Below, piece after piece: positions 21,889 through 31,561 of a DNA stretch of 64,000 bases. The notes beneath the pieces are model-generated. The model worked only from the letters and a program-made list of their open reading frames with translations, was not told the origin of the DNA and ran no database searches. Both the position numbers and the translations under genes were made by a program. How positions within the stretch are numbered: the first letter of the stretch is position 1; the number at the start of each line of letters is the position of its first letter. The stretch is from an uncultured Acidimicrobiales bacterium (GTDB lineage: Bacteria; Actinomycetota; Acidimicrobiia; Acidimicrobiales; UBA10347). The stretch spans positions 62,001-126,000 of the forward strand of contig CALSSD010000010.1 in NCBI GenBank assembly GCA_943788915.1. Direction: 5' to 3'.

Positions 21889-21911
21889 GTGCCACCTAGT
21901 AGACAGTGGGT

Positions 21912-22889
21912 ATGAAGTACACAAAGTTGGGCAACACCGGCGTCGACGTCTCCAGGATCTGTCTTGGCTGCATGAGTTATGGCTCGTCGAGCCAAGGCAC
22001 CCACGACTGGGCCCTCGAAGAGGATGAGAGCCGACCGTTTATCCAACAAGCGCTCGATGCTGGCATCAACTTCTTCGACACCGCCAACGTGTATTCACTC
22101 GGCGCGAGCGAGGAAGTACTTGGCCGGGCCATCAAGGACATGGCCAGGCGCGAAGACGTGGTCATCGCCACCAAGGTCGCTGGCCAGATGAGGCCGGGGC
22201 CGAACGGTGGCGGTCTATCTCGCAAGGCCATCATTCGGGAACTCGACGACAGCCTCGACCGGCTGCAAACCGACTATGTGGATCTGTACCAGATCCACCG
22301 TTGGGACCCCACGACACCGATCGAGGAGACGCTCGAGGCACTGCACGATGTGGTCAAGTCGGGCAAGGTCCGCTACATCGGTGCCTCGTCGATGTGGGCA
22401 TGGCAGTTCACCAAGGCTCTCATGCTGGCCGATCAGAACGGCTGGACTCGTTTCACCACCATGCAGAACCACTACAACCTCCTGCAACGCGAAGAAGAAC
22501 GAGAGATGATGCCGGTGTGTGAGGACCAGGGCATTGGTGTGATCCCATGGAGCCCGATGGCCAGAGGTGTGCTCACCCGTCCATGGGGCGAACGCACGAA
22601 CCGCACGGAGACCGATGCCTTCGGCAGCACGTTGTACGACACGTCCGAGTCCGACAAGGTGATCGTCGACGCTGTAGGCCAAGTCGCCGAAGGCCAAGGC
22701 ATCGAGCGAGCTCAGGTAGCACTTGCCTGGATGTTGCAGAAGTCGTTCGTCACCTCGCCCATCATCGGAGCGACTAAACCGAAACATCTCGACGACGCCA
22801 TCGCAGCGCTCGACGTCGAACTGAGCGACGACGAGGTCACCCTGCTCGAAGCCCCGTATACGCCACATCCTGTCGTGGGCTTCCGTTAG
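21912..22889 (+). CDS. Aldo/keto reductase
   Basis: GINFFDTANVY, ATK, DYVDLYQIHR, GKVRYIGAS, PWSP. Confidence 0.94.
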   Translation: MKYTKLGNTGVDVSRICLGCMSYGSSSQGTHDWALEEDESRPFIQQALDAGINFFDTANVYSLGASEEVLGRAIKDMARREDVVIATKVAGQMRPGPNGGGLSRKAIIRELDDSLDRLQTDYVDLYQIHRWDPTTPIEETLEALHDVVKSGKVRYIGASSMWAWQFTKALMLADQNGWTRFTTMQNHYNLLQREEEREMMPVCEDQGIGVIPWSPMARGVLTRPWGERTNRTETDAFGSTLYDTSESDKVIVDAVGQVAEGQGIERAQVALAWMLQKSFVTSPIIGATKPKHLDDAIAALDVELSDDEVTLLEAPYTPHPVVGFR

Positions 22890-22891
22890 CG

Positions 22892-23437
22892 ATGGCGACA
22901 GCTGATCGCACCCGCTGGGACGAGAAGTATGGCAAGGCTGCAAATCGTTCGGTTACCCCGTCGCTGCCACAACACTTCGTATTGGTCGCTGAGCAGCTTG
23001 CAGGTGTTGGGGACGCGCTCGAGATTGCATGTGGCACCGGCACAACAGCGGTTTGGCTCGCTTCGCACGGGGTTCGGGTCGCCGGGTATGACATTTCGGC
23101 GGTGGCCATTTCTGCCGCCAACGAACTCGCCACCGAGCACGGTGTCAGCGGCCGATGCAGCTTCGCCACCCACGATTTCGACAACGGCCTGCCGTCGGGT
23201 GACTCCGTGGATCTTGTCGTGTGCAACATGTTTCGTGATGTGACGCTCGACGATTCGGTCGTCGAGCGGCTGCGCCCAGGCGGGCTTCTTGCCGTCGCAG
23301 CGTTGAGCGAGGTCGGAGCGACTCCTGGTCACTTTCGAGTCAAACCTGGCGAACTGCCCGCCGCCTTCCATTCGCTCGAATCGATCGCATCAGCCGAGGG
23401 CGACGGCGTTGCATGGCTGGTGGCCCGCAAGCCATAG
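22892..23437 (+). CDS. Class I SAM-dependent methyltransferase (TehB-like)
   Basis: WDEKY, LEIACGTG, LRPGG. Confidence 0.85.
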   Translation: MATADRTRWDEKYGKAANRSVTPSLPQHFVLVAEQLAGVGDALEIACGTGTTAVWLASHGVRVAGYDISAVAISAANELATEHGVSGRCSFATHDFDNGLPSGDSVDLVVCNMFRDVTLDDSVVERLRPGGLLAVAALSEVGATPGHFRVKPGELPAAFHSLESIASAEGDGVAWLVARKP

Positions 23438-23484
23438 GTGTCGTCTATAGGTATCGAGCTGTGTCGAGGCGCTAAAACCGTGCC

Positions 23485-23982
23485 ATGCCAAAACTGACAT
23501 CGTCCGAGCTCGAGACCTTTCTGAACGAGTCAGGTCATCTGCTGCGTTTGGGTACCGTCGATGCCGATCTCATGCCGTCGGTGGTGCCCATTTGGTTCGT
23601 GTGTCGTGATGACAAGATCTGGTTCACGCCTCGAGCCAAGTCGGAGTGGTTCCAACACTTGCGTGACAATCCGAATGTCTGCTGCACCATCGATGAATCA
23701 GCGGGCAGTATGCGCAAGGTGATTGCTCGGGGCCAGGCCGAATTGATTCACGATGTCGGCAACGACGATGAGTGGCGCGAGATCTACCGAGACATCACCA
23801 CGAGGTACGTCCCCGAAAACTTCGCGAACGCGTATCTGACCGACACCCACGACGAACCTCGGGGTTTGTGGGCACTCGACCTAACTCGCTCCCGGGTTGA
23901 TACCTGGCGGATGCCAACTGGCAAGGGCGAGAGTTCGCTCGCGGTATGGGCCCCGAAGTACTACCACGACGACCGCTCATAA
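23485..23982 (+). CDS. Pyridoxamine 5'-phosphate oxidase-like (split-barrel flavin/F420-binding) protein
   Basis: LRLGTV...PSVVPIWF...LRDNPNV. Confidence 0.8.
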   Translation: MPKLTSSELETFLNESGHLLRLGTVDADLMPSVVPIWFVCRDDKIWFTPRAKSEWFQHLRDNPNVCCTIDESAGSMRKVIARGQAELIHDVGNDDEWREIYRDITTRYVPENFANAYLTDTHDEPRGLWALDLTRSRVDTWRMPTGKGESSLAVWAPKYYHDDRS

Positions 23983-23993
23983 TATTCCGAGTA

Positions 23994-24014
23994 CCTGCAT
24001 CCGAGATGCAGGTC
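23994..24014 (+). terminator. Hairpin after the PPOX gene, possible terminator
   Basis: ACCTGCATC-CGA-GATGCAGGT. Confidence 0.45.
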
Positions 24015-24087
24015 ACGAGCGAAAGCAGGGAATCGGCGCGCCCACGTTTGACGAAACAGAGTCTTACGTCGAGAAATGTAAGTGATC

Positions 24088-25015
24088 ATGCGAGTTCTTC
24101 GGCTCTTAACCGCCCTCTTTCTGGCCGTTGCCCTGCTGCTGGGTGTTGCCCCATCGGCGATGGCGCACGACCCAATCTTCATCACCGCCGATCAAACCAC
24201 ACCTGATACGGGCCCCTTCATGCCGGATGGCACGATCTCGTGGGCGCTCTATGGCAGCGTCCTTGATGCGGGCGACACTCGTGGGTTCGAGTTCGACCTG
24301 CGTGAAGGCGATGAGGTCTTTGTCTCGCTTCTTATTCCAAACCTGAGCCCCGAGGTCGACCTGCCCGACGGCGAGTTGCCTGTAATCGAACTCGAGGCAC
24401 CCGACGGAACGATGACCACGATTTCACCCCAGGTCCGTGACGTGTTCGACGAGCCGTTCAGTAATACCTCGTACGTCACGCTGGCCGAATACCGCCAGCC
24501 TGGTCTTTCTGGCCGATATCGGGGACTTGTTGTTGGAAGTGCTCCCGCTCGTTTCTCGGTAGCGATCGGTGAGACCGAGATCTTCTTTACCGACACGGAA
24601 CGCAGCGGCGAACGTCCGTCGAATTTCGCCGAGATCACCGTGCCGCTAACCGCGTGGTACACAACACTTCCCAACGGTGAACCCGACCCCACTGCGTTGG
24701 CCGAAGGTGAAGCAGAGATCGACCTCGACATGATCGAGGACGCTATGGAGTCCGGTGAGGCCGAAGCGCCCGAAGGCAGCCTGGATGAAGCCCCCGCGCA
24801 AGAGCTCTGAAGCAACAGAGCCTGAAGCAACAGAGCCTGAAGCAACAGAGTCAGAAGCAGAGGACCCAGCGGAACCAGACACAACTGAGACGGCGACTGC
24901 TCCCGTCGAGCCTGACGGCGGCTCAAACACGACATGGGTCGCTCCAGTACTCATCGGCGCCATCGCCGTAGTTGGTGCTGGTGTGTTCATGGTTCGGCGC
25001 AAGCCAGCGGCCTGA
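24088..25015 (+). CDS. Secreted, C-terminally membrane-anchored protein with acidic EATEP linker, +1 frameshift near 24806
   Basis: Signal peptide ending AMA|H. The first repeat copy GAGCTCTGAAGCAACA has one extra T versus GAGCCTGAAGCAACA. The shifted frame ends in a TM helix plus RRK. Confidence 0.75.
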
Positions 25016-25019
25016 GCTC

Positions 25020-26357
25020 ATGAGTCGTATCCTCGTGCGCCTCGGGGTGACACTTGCCGCAGTCGCACTGCTTCTCTTCAGCCTGTTGCCGAGTGCCGGT
25101 GCGCATACGACCGAGCAGCCATATCTCTATGCGTTCGTGGGAACCGATTCGGTCGATGGACGGGTCGAGTTCTCTATCGGCGACGTTGCCCAGACGCTTG
25201 GGTTGCAACTCGACGGCGACGATGAGCAGATCGAGGAGACACTGCGAGCCAACGCCGAAGCCATTCGCATGTACGCCACCAAACATGTGAGCATCGGTGC
25301 CGACGGTGTCGACTGGCCGCTCACCTTCGGGCGAGTTGATTTGTTCCGCGAAGGGCCAGGCGAACTCGCCTTCGCTGTCGTGCAGTACGAAGCATCGGTG
25401 CCGGTCGAGCAGGTTCCGTCGCAGCTCGATATTGCGTTCGATGCATTTTTCGACGAGATTCAGGGCCGCGACGGACTACTACTGCTGACCGGTGGTTTTG
25501 AAGCAGGCCAGTTCGACCGTGACAAAGAGATCCTGGTCACCTACACGAACAACAAACGCGTTCAGAACGTTGACCTTGGGGCTCGCGGCCAGTGGCAGAA
25601 CTTCACGTCGAGCATCACGCTTGGCGTAGATCACATCAAGACTGGGCCGGATCACATCTTGTTCGTGCTGGCGCTCTTACTGCCGTCGGTCTTGATCTTT
25701 GCCGGACCCCGTGGAACCGGCTCGTGGCATCCGGTCGAGGGATTCGGCGCGGCGTTGTGGCGAGTGCTGAAGATCGCAACCTTCTTCACGATTGCCCACT
25801 CCATCACCTTCACGCTCGCTGGTATGGGATGGTTGCCAACGCCCCCATCAAAGATCGTTGAGACGATTATCGCGCTGTCGATCGCGGCGGCAGCGCTGCA
25901 CAATCTCAGGCCGATCTTCCCCAATAAGGAGTGGAGCCTTTCGTTTGCGTTCGGTCTGTTCCACGGGATGGGCTTCGCCTCGCTTGTGTCAGACCTCGAT
26001 ATCTCTCGATCAAGCCAGTTGGTGTCGTTGCTGGGTCGCAACGTGGGCATCGAAATCGGTCAGGTTGTTGTGATCCTGCTGTTGTTCCCAGGGCTGTTCA
26101 TGCTTCGGCGTACACCGGTGTATCGCCCATTTCTCGCGATCTCATCGGTCGCCCTTGCTGTGCTCGCCATGTTGTGGTCAACCGAACGTGTCTTCGAAGT
26201 AGACCTGGGTACCGACAGCATCGTCGAGGGGTTCGCGTCTGTTCCCGTTGGGTATTACCTAGCTGGGATCTTTGCTGCGGTCGCCGGCGGATGTTTCTTG
26301 TACTTCCGCAACCGCAATGAACTACTACCGACGAGATCGCTACGTCAGGCCGGTTAA
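25020..26357 (+). CDS. HupE/UreJ family membrane protein
   Basis: Signal peptide AGA|H; LGVDHI.TGPDHILF, FTIAHSIT, FGLFHGMGFA, NVGIEIGQ. Confidence 0.9.
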   Translation: MSRILVRLGVTLAAVALLLFSLLPSAGAHTTEQPYLYAFVGTDSVDGRVEFSIGDVAQTLGLQLDGDDEQIEETLRANAEAIRMYATKHVSIGADGVDWPLTFGRVDLFREGPGELAFAVVQYEASVPVEQVPSQLDIAFDAFFDEIQGRDGLLLLTGGFEAGQFDRDKEILVTYTNNKRVQNVDLGARGQWQNFTSSITLGVDHIKTGPDHILFVLALLLPSVLIFAGPRGTGSWHPVEGFGAALWRVLKIATFFTIAHSITFTLAGMGWLPTPPSKIVETIIALSIAAAALHNLRPIFPNKEWSLSFAFGLFHGMGFASLVSDLDISRSSQLVSLLGRNVGIEIGQVVVILLLFPGLFMLRRTPVYRPFLAISSVALAVLAMLWSTERVFEVDLGTDSIVEGFASVPVGYYLAGIFAAVAGGCFLYFRNRNELLPTRSLRQAG

Positions 26358-26914
26358 ACCTCGAGCAACCAGCTGTGTTCGTTGAATGTGGTCAGGCTGC
26401 GCACGCCCGAACGCGAGGCGGTGACCCGCGTGACCGAGGCGTGATGCGGCGCTACAGGGTGTTTTGACTCGAGCACATCTTTCACTACCACGTTGATGAC
26501 CCCGCCGTGGCAGACGACCGCCACGGTTTCGCCGGGATGGCGTTGCACGATCTCGCTGAAACCGCTCAATACTCGGCGCTGGAACGCTGGTCCCTGGTAC
26601 TGGTCAAGCAGAGTGATGGCTTCGTCGCGTGTCATACCAGCGAAGGTGGCAGGGGTGGGGTAGCTGCCGAGTTCATAGTCAAACTCCGCAATGCGTTCGT
26701 CGGTCACTGGCTTGATGCCACGCTGGCCAAGGAGCGGAACTGATGTCTGCTGTGCTCGACGCTGTGGGCTCACATAGACGGCATCGAGCGTCGTATCGGT
26801 GAGAAAGCCAGCGGTTGCAGCCGCCTGGCGTTCTCCGAGATCGGTCAACGGCGGATCGCTGAGATCCTCGCCAGTGAGATCGGGTTCGCCATGCCGGATG
26901 ATCACGAGCTGCAT
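26354..26914 (-). CDS. Histidine phosphatase (PGM) family protein
   Basis: RHGE, SPQRRAQQT, VCHGGVI. Confidence 0.92.
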   Translation of the reverse strand: MQLVIIRHGEPDLTGEDLSDPPLTDLGERQAAATAGFLTDTTLDAVYVSPQRRAQQTSVPLLGQRGIKPVTDERIAEFDYELGSYPTPATFAGMTRDEAITLLDQYQGPAFQRRVLSGFSEIVQRHPGETVAVVCHGGVINVVVKDVLESKHPVAPHHASVTRVTASRSGVRSLTTFNEHSWLLEV

Positions 26915-26916
26915 GC

Positions 26917-27909
26917 TTAGTAGCCGCCTAAGGCGGTGGACTCGAGAAAACGCTTGGGGTTATCGACCAGCATGGTGTCGATCTGCTCGGGCGTTACGCC
27001 ATCTTCTAACAGCGCGGGAAGCACGTCATGGCTGATGTGTAGGTAGTGCCAATCGGGCAACGCACCCATTGGTACCTCACCAGCGATCCAATCGATGTAA
27101 CACGAGGCGTCGTGGCTGAGCACCATGCGGTCGGCGTAACCCTGTCGGCACAACTCCGCGACGACGGCAGTGCGTGCTGTTGACGGAAGGTAACCATCGA
27201 TCCCAAAACGGTCCATACCCAGGTAGCTGCCTCGATCCGCGATCTCCTTGAGGTAGTCGAGGTCGTCGGTGTCGCCGCAATGTCCGATCACGACCCTCGT
27301 CAGGTCAACACCCTCGGATTCGAAGACATCTTGTTGTTCGAGTCCCCGTCGCATCTCGGCGTTGGTGTGGGTGGTGATCGGCACGCCGGTTTCACGATGC
27401 GTCTGGGCGCACGCCCGCAAGGTCCGTTCGACGTCGGGAGTGACGCCCGGTTTGTCGGTGGCGCACTTGATGACGGCGGCCTTGATACCGGTGTCGGCAA
27501 TACCGTCGACGATGTCGCTGACGAAGTGGGTGGTCATCGCGTCGACTGCGCCCGGCTCGGGAGCCCGTCGCAGGTAATAGTGGGGGAGTTCGTTGAAGGT
27601 GTACAGCCCGGTTGCGACCACGATGTTCAGGTCGATCTGGGCTGCGACTCTCGCTATGCGAGGGATGTAGCGGCCAAGCCCGATCGCGGTGGGATCCAGG
27701 ATCGTGTCGATCCCGGCCTGCTTGAGTTCGTTGAGCCGGGTGACGGCGTCCGCAATACGAACCTCCTCATCGCCCCACTCGTCGGGGTAGTTCTGCTGAA
27801 TTTCGGTGGAGATCACGAAGACATGTTCGTGCATCAGAACTCGGCCAAGGTCAGAGGCTTCGATCGGACCGGTCGCGGTTTCGACAGTGGTTGCTAACGA
27901 CGATGTCAT
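26917..27909 (-). CDS. Phosphotriesterase-like lactonase / PHP family
   Basis: HEH, GLGR, ATGLY, KCA, TH, IGH, MDRFG, SHD metal ligands. Confidence 0.92.
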   Translation of the reverse strand: MTSSLATTVETATGPIEASDLGRVLMHEHVFVISTEIQQNYPDEWGDEEVRIADAVTRLNELKQAGIDTILDPTAIGLGRYIPRIARVAAQIDLNIVVATGLYTFNELPHYYLRRAPEPGAVDAMTTHFVSDIVDGIADTGIKAAVIKCATDKPGVTPDVERTLRACAQTHRETGVPITTHTNAEMRRGLEQQDVFESEGVDLTRVVIGHCGDTDDLDYLKEIADRGSYLGMDRFGIDGYLPSTARTAVVAELCRQGYADRMVLSHDASCYIDWIAGEVPMGALPDWHYLHISHDVLPALLEDGVTPEQIDTMLVDNPKRFLESTALGGY

Positions 27910-28084
27910 CTGCCCACAATTACAGGTTGGTGATACGGAACCCAACAAGGGCTGCTTCGACGGCGGCGAAGTCCTGCTCTTCGGGCAGTGAATGCCGGGT
28001 CCGAGGTCTTCGGCCAGAACAACCAGATCGGTTATCGCGGAACCGCAGTACCAGCGAAGGTGGGGTTCGTTCTAGTTTGGGCCG

Positions 28085-29353
28085 ATGGACCCAACGGAGC
28101 TGCTGACCCCCGGCGATATCGGTGAACGCTGTCGCAGCGACGGTGAATTCAGGCTCGCCGTGCAGTATTGGACCGGCGGTTATCGCATTGAGATCGGTGA
28201 CCGGCTCACCGGTGTCTCGGTTGTCGACGGCACGGTTGTCGACGGCGTGCCCGATCCTGGCCCCACCGTGATCTCGTTGTCGGGTACACCCGAGGTGTGG
28301 GAGCCGATGCTGCGGGCCGTGCCTCCACGCTTGGCTAACACTGTTTCGGTCATGGTTGGCCTTGGACTGGAACTCGATGCCGATCCGCTGCTGTGGTGGC
28401 AGTACCTGCCAGCTACCGAACGGCTGACCGAACTGTTGCGGGCCCCAGGCAACGCTCGCCCCGACACGATTTCTGCCCAATCAAACCCGGGCGAACACGA
28501 TGCGCCCACCGGGCGATATGTCCACGTGGAGCTCGACGGTCTGGATCATCGCATCTACTACGAAGAAGCCGGCCAGGGCGTGCCGTTGTTGTTGCAGCAC
28601 ACCGCTGGCTCCCACGGTCTGCAATGGCGCCATCTCTTCGAGAACCCGGCCATCACCGACCACTTCCGGCTCATCGCCTACGACCTGCCGTTCCATGGCA
28701 AGTCGATTCCGCCGACTGGGCGAACATGGTGGGAAGAGCCGTACAAGCTGACCGGTGACTTCCTGCGCCAGGTTCCGTTGGCGTTGAGTGCTGCGCTTGG
28801 TCTTGATCGGCCAGCTTTCATGGGATGTTCGGTGGGTGGTCTGCTCGCACTCGATTTGGCGCTGCACCATCCTGATCACTTTCGCTCTGTTGTTGCGGTC
28901 GAAGGAGCGCTCCACATCGGCGGAGATTTTGACAAACAGTTCGGCATGTCACATCCCCAGGTCGGTGGACTGTCCAAGGCCCGGATGATGGAAGGCCTGT
29001 GTTCGCCGACATCACCTACCGCGTATGTCAAGGAGATCTCGCAGGTCTACTCGGCTGGCTGGCCGCCGGTCTTCCTGGGCGACCTCTGGTATTACCTGGT
29101 CGACTACGACATTCGCGATCGGGCCCATGAGATCGACACCGATCAGTGCGGCGTGCATATCTTGAACGGCGAATACGACTACACCGGCTCGGTCAAGAAA
29201 GGCCGCGCTGCGCACCAGGCAATCGCGGGTTCAACCCATACCGAAATGTCTGGCATCGGCCACTTCCCAATGGCCGAGAACCCTGATCTATTCATGAACT
29301 ATCTGCTGCCGGTCCTGGACCAGGTACGCAAACTTGCCGAGGAGGCACAATGA
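28085..29353 (+). CDS. Alpha/beta hydrolase with N-terminal extension
   Basis: HTAG, DLPFHG, GCSVGG nucleophile elbow, GEYD, GHFP. Confidence 0.88.
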   Translation: MDPTELLTPGDIGERCRSDGEFRLAVQYWTGGYRIEIGDRLTGVSVVDGTVVDGVPDPGPTVISLSGTPEVWEPMLRAVPPRLANTVSVMVGLGLELDADPLLWWQYLPATERLTELLRAPGNARPDTISAQSNPGEHDAPTGRYVHVELDGLDHRIYYEEAGQGVPLLLQHTAGSHGLQWRHLFENPAITDHFRLIAYDLPFHGKSIPPTGRTWWEEPYKLTGDFLRQVPLALSAALGLDRPAFMGCSVGGLLALDLALHHPDHFRSVVAVEGALHIGGDFDKQFGMSHPQVGGLSKARMMEGLCSPTSPTAYVKEISQVYSAGWPPVFLGDLWYYLVDYDIRDRAHEIDTDQCGVHILNGEYDYTGSVKKGRAAHQAIAGSTHTEMSGIGHFPMAENPDLFMNYLLPVLDQVRKLAEEAQ

Positions 29354-30093
29354 GATTTGATGACAAGCGAGTAATCGTGACCGGCGCCGGTGGCGGCTTC
29401 GGAGCAGCGATCGCACGTGGTTTCGCGGCCAAGGGCGCCAAGGTCATGGTGACCGATATCGATGTCGCTGCAGCCCAAGCGGTTGCCGATGAGCTCGATG
29501 GGGCGCTCGCCTTCGGCCTTGATGTCACGAGCGAGGATGCACACAAGGAACTCGCCGACGTAGTGGTTGAGGCCTGGGGAGGCATAGACATCGTTGCCTG
29601 TAATGCTGGGCTTCCTCATCGCGGCGGCTACATGGTGAACCTCACTACCGAGCAATTCGACTTCATGTGGACGATCAATGTGCGTCCAATCTTCTTTGCA
29701 TCCAAGTACTTCGTGCCCCACATGGCCGCTGGTGGGGCCATCGTCAGCACCGCGTCGATCGGCGGTCGACGGCCCCGCAAAGGCCTCACGCCGTACAACG
29801 CGTCGAAGGCAGCGGTCATCACATTGACCAAAGGTCTGGCCGTCGAGTTGGCACCCGATATTCGAGTCAATTGTGTGGCTCCGGTGTCGTCGCCAACCGG
29901 TTTTGACATGAGCGCAATGGGTATCGAGAAGTTGTCGGAGAACCGGGAGAAGATGGTGGTCGACGGCATCCCTATGGGCCGTCGCGCTACCCCCGAAGAT
30001 GTTGCGAACTCGGTCATGTTCCTGGCCTCAGAGGAGGCTGGCTTCCTGACCGGCGTCTGCCTCGACGTCGACGGCGGCCGCAGCATCGGTTGA
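29350..30093 (+). CDS. Short-chain dehydrogenase/reductase
   Basis: TGAGGGFG, NAG, YNASK, VDGG. Confidence 0.93.
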   Translation: MRFDDKRVIVTGAGGGFGAAIARGFAAKGAKVMVTDIDVAAAQAVADELDGALAFGLDVTSEDAHKELADVVVEAWGGIDIVACNAGLPHRGGYMVNLTTEQFDFMWTINVRPIFFASKYFVPHMAAGGAIVSTASIGGRRPRKGLTPYNASKAAVITLTKGLAVELAPDIRVNCVAPVSSPTGFDMSAMGIEKLSENREKMVVDGIPMGRRATPEDVANSVMFLASEEAGFLTGVCLDVDGGRSIG

Positions 30094-30118
30094 CAAAGGG
30101 TAAGTCTTGACTTACCGT
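30090..30118 (+). promoter_or_regulatory. SigA-type promoter with overlapping palindromic operator for the ArsR operon
   Basis: TTGACA (30090-95), 17 bp, TACCGT (30113-18), 7 nt, GTG 30126; perfect inverted repeat GGTAAGTC-TT-GACTTACC (30099-30116). Confidence 0.8.
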
Positions 30119-30125
30119 TTATGAG

Positions 30126-30443
30126 GTGACGCCGCTTGAAGTGATTTCTGAACCGCGTCGACGGGAGATACTTGCTCGCCTCGGCGAGCTTGGTGAGTCT
30201 CCCGTCGGAGCGTTGGCCGAACTGATCGACATCTCACGGCCTGCCGTTTCCCAGCATCTCAAGGTGCTGAAGGACGCCGGCATGGTCGATGAACATCAGC
30301 AAGGCCGGCAACGGCTGTACCGGCTTAATGCCGAAGGAATCGCCAACGCACGTCTCGAAATCGAACTATTCCTCATCAACGAACTCGATGACCTCGAAAC
30401 GTCGGCTCGTGATCTTTCAACAAGGAGGGTCACCGATGGCTGA
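30126..30443 (+). CDS. ArsR/SmtB family transcriptional regulator
   Basis: EPRRREIL...SRPAVSQHLKVL..AG.V...GRQRLY. Confidence 0.92.
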   Translation: MTPLEVISEPRRREILARLGELGESPVGALAELIDISRPAVSQHLKVLKDAGMVDEHQQGRQRLYRLNAEGIANARLEIELFLINELDDLETSARDLSTRRVTDG

Positions 30444-31419
30444 TCCAATCGTCTTCGAACGGGTAATCGATGCAACGGTCGATGAAGCATTTGCACTGTT
30501 CACCGAACCCGAGCGGCTTCGTCGGTGGCAGGCGGTGAGCGCCTCGGTCGACCTGAAGGTCGGCGGCGACTACCGGCTTACTGTTGTGCCCGGCAGCATC
30601 GCCTGCGGCACCTTCGCCGAGATCGATCCCGGCAAACGCCTGGTCTACACCTGGGGGTGGCAGGGCACAGACCACGATCCGGCTCCCGGCGGATCGAGCA
30701 TCTCAGTTGAGTTCGAGCCAGTGGGCGACCAGACCAAGGTCACCCTGACCCATTCGGGTCTCGACGATGAGGGGGCTACGAATCACAGCGTTGGCTGGAC
30801 ACATTTCTGCGACCGACTGGTCGTAGCGGCCGAAGCTGGCGATGCCGGTCTCAACCCGTGGGGTCTCGACGCCGAAGAGTTCGATCTGCTCACCGCTGCC
30901 GAAGCGACCTGGGCGATCTGTCGCGAATCCCTGATGCATTTCGGTCCCGATGATCGCGAGAAATCCACACCGTGCGAAGGGTTCACCACCCACGACCTGG
31001 TCGAACATCTGATGGGCAGCATGAAAGGCCTGGGAGCAGGAGCCGATGCCGACGTGCCTGACGACGTTGAGGCAGTTACCGCTGAGGATTACATCGCCCA
31101 GGCTGTCGAGCCGACGTTGGCTGCGTGGCGTGAACGAGGAACCGATGACATGGTGCCATTCGGTGATGGCGAAGCCCCCGCGACCATGATGGCCAGCATC
31201 CTGAGCCTCGAGTTCTTGATCCATGCATGGGACTTCGCCCAAGTCACTGGTCATCCGATCGAGGTGCCAGATGGGCTGGTCGCCTATGTCCAAGGACTAG
31301 CCGAGACCGTCATCCGCCCGGAGTATCGAGGCGAAGGCAAGGGGTTCGCCACCCAAACAACCCCATCGAGCACTGATCCGTTGACGGTGTTGGCTGCCTT
31401 CACAGGTCGCCAGACGTGA
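30436..31419 (+). CDS. SRPBCC (AHSA1) domain fused to a TIGR03086/MDMPI-like domain
   Basis: FTEPERL..W...RLVYTWGW...VTLTH...GW, then TPC..FT..DLVEHL...EFLIHAWD...FTGR. Confidence 0.85.
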   Translation: MADPIVFERVIDATVDEAFALFTEPERLRRWQAVSASVDLKVGGDYRLTVVPGSIACGTFAEIDPGKRLVYTWGWQGTDHDPAPGGSSISVEFEPVGDQTKVTLTHSGLDDEGATNHSVGWTHFCDRLVVAAEAGDAGLNPWGLDAEEFDLLTAAEATWAICRESLMHFGPDDREKSTPCEGFTTHDLVEHLMGSMKGLGAGADADVPDDVEAVTAEDYIAQAVEPTLAAWRERGTDDMVPFGDGEAPATMMASILSLEFLIHAWDFAQVTGHPIEVPDGLVAYVQGLAETVIRPEYRGEGKGFATQTTPSSTDPLTVLAAFTGRQT

Positions 31420-31561
31420 ATCAGGGTGAGCTACGACACCGCTGATTGAACGCATGGACCGGCCGAGGCGCCGGTCACGCTGCTTCTCTGCTGGCCTCTC
31501 TGTCGACCAAGAACAACGCCCTAAAGAACGGCTGGCGCAGGCCGCGTTCTACGCTGGATGC

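Noticed and set aside
24808..24810. Selenocysteine or stop read-through at the TGA
   Set aside because: Further in-frame TGAs follow; comparison of the repeat copies shows a single extra T instead.
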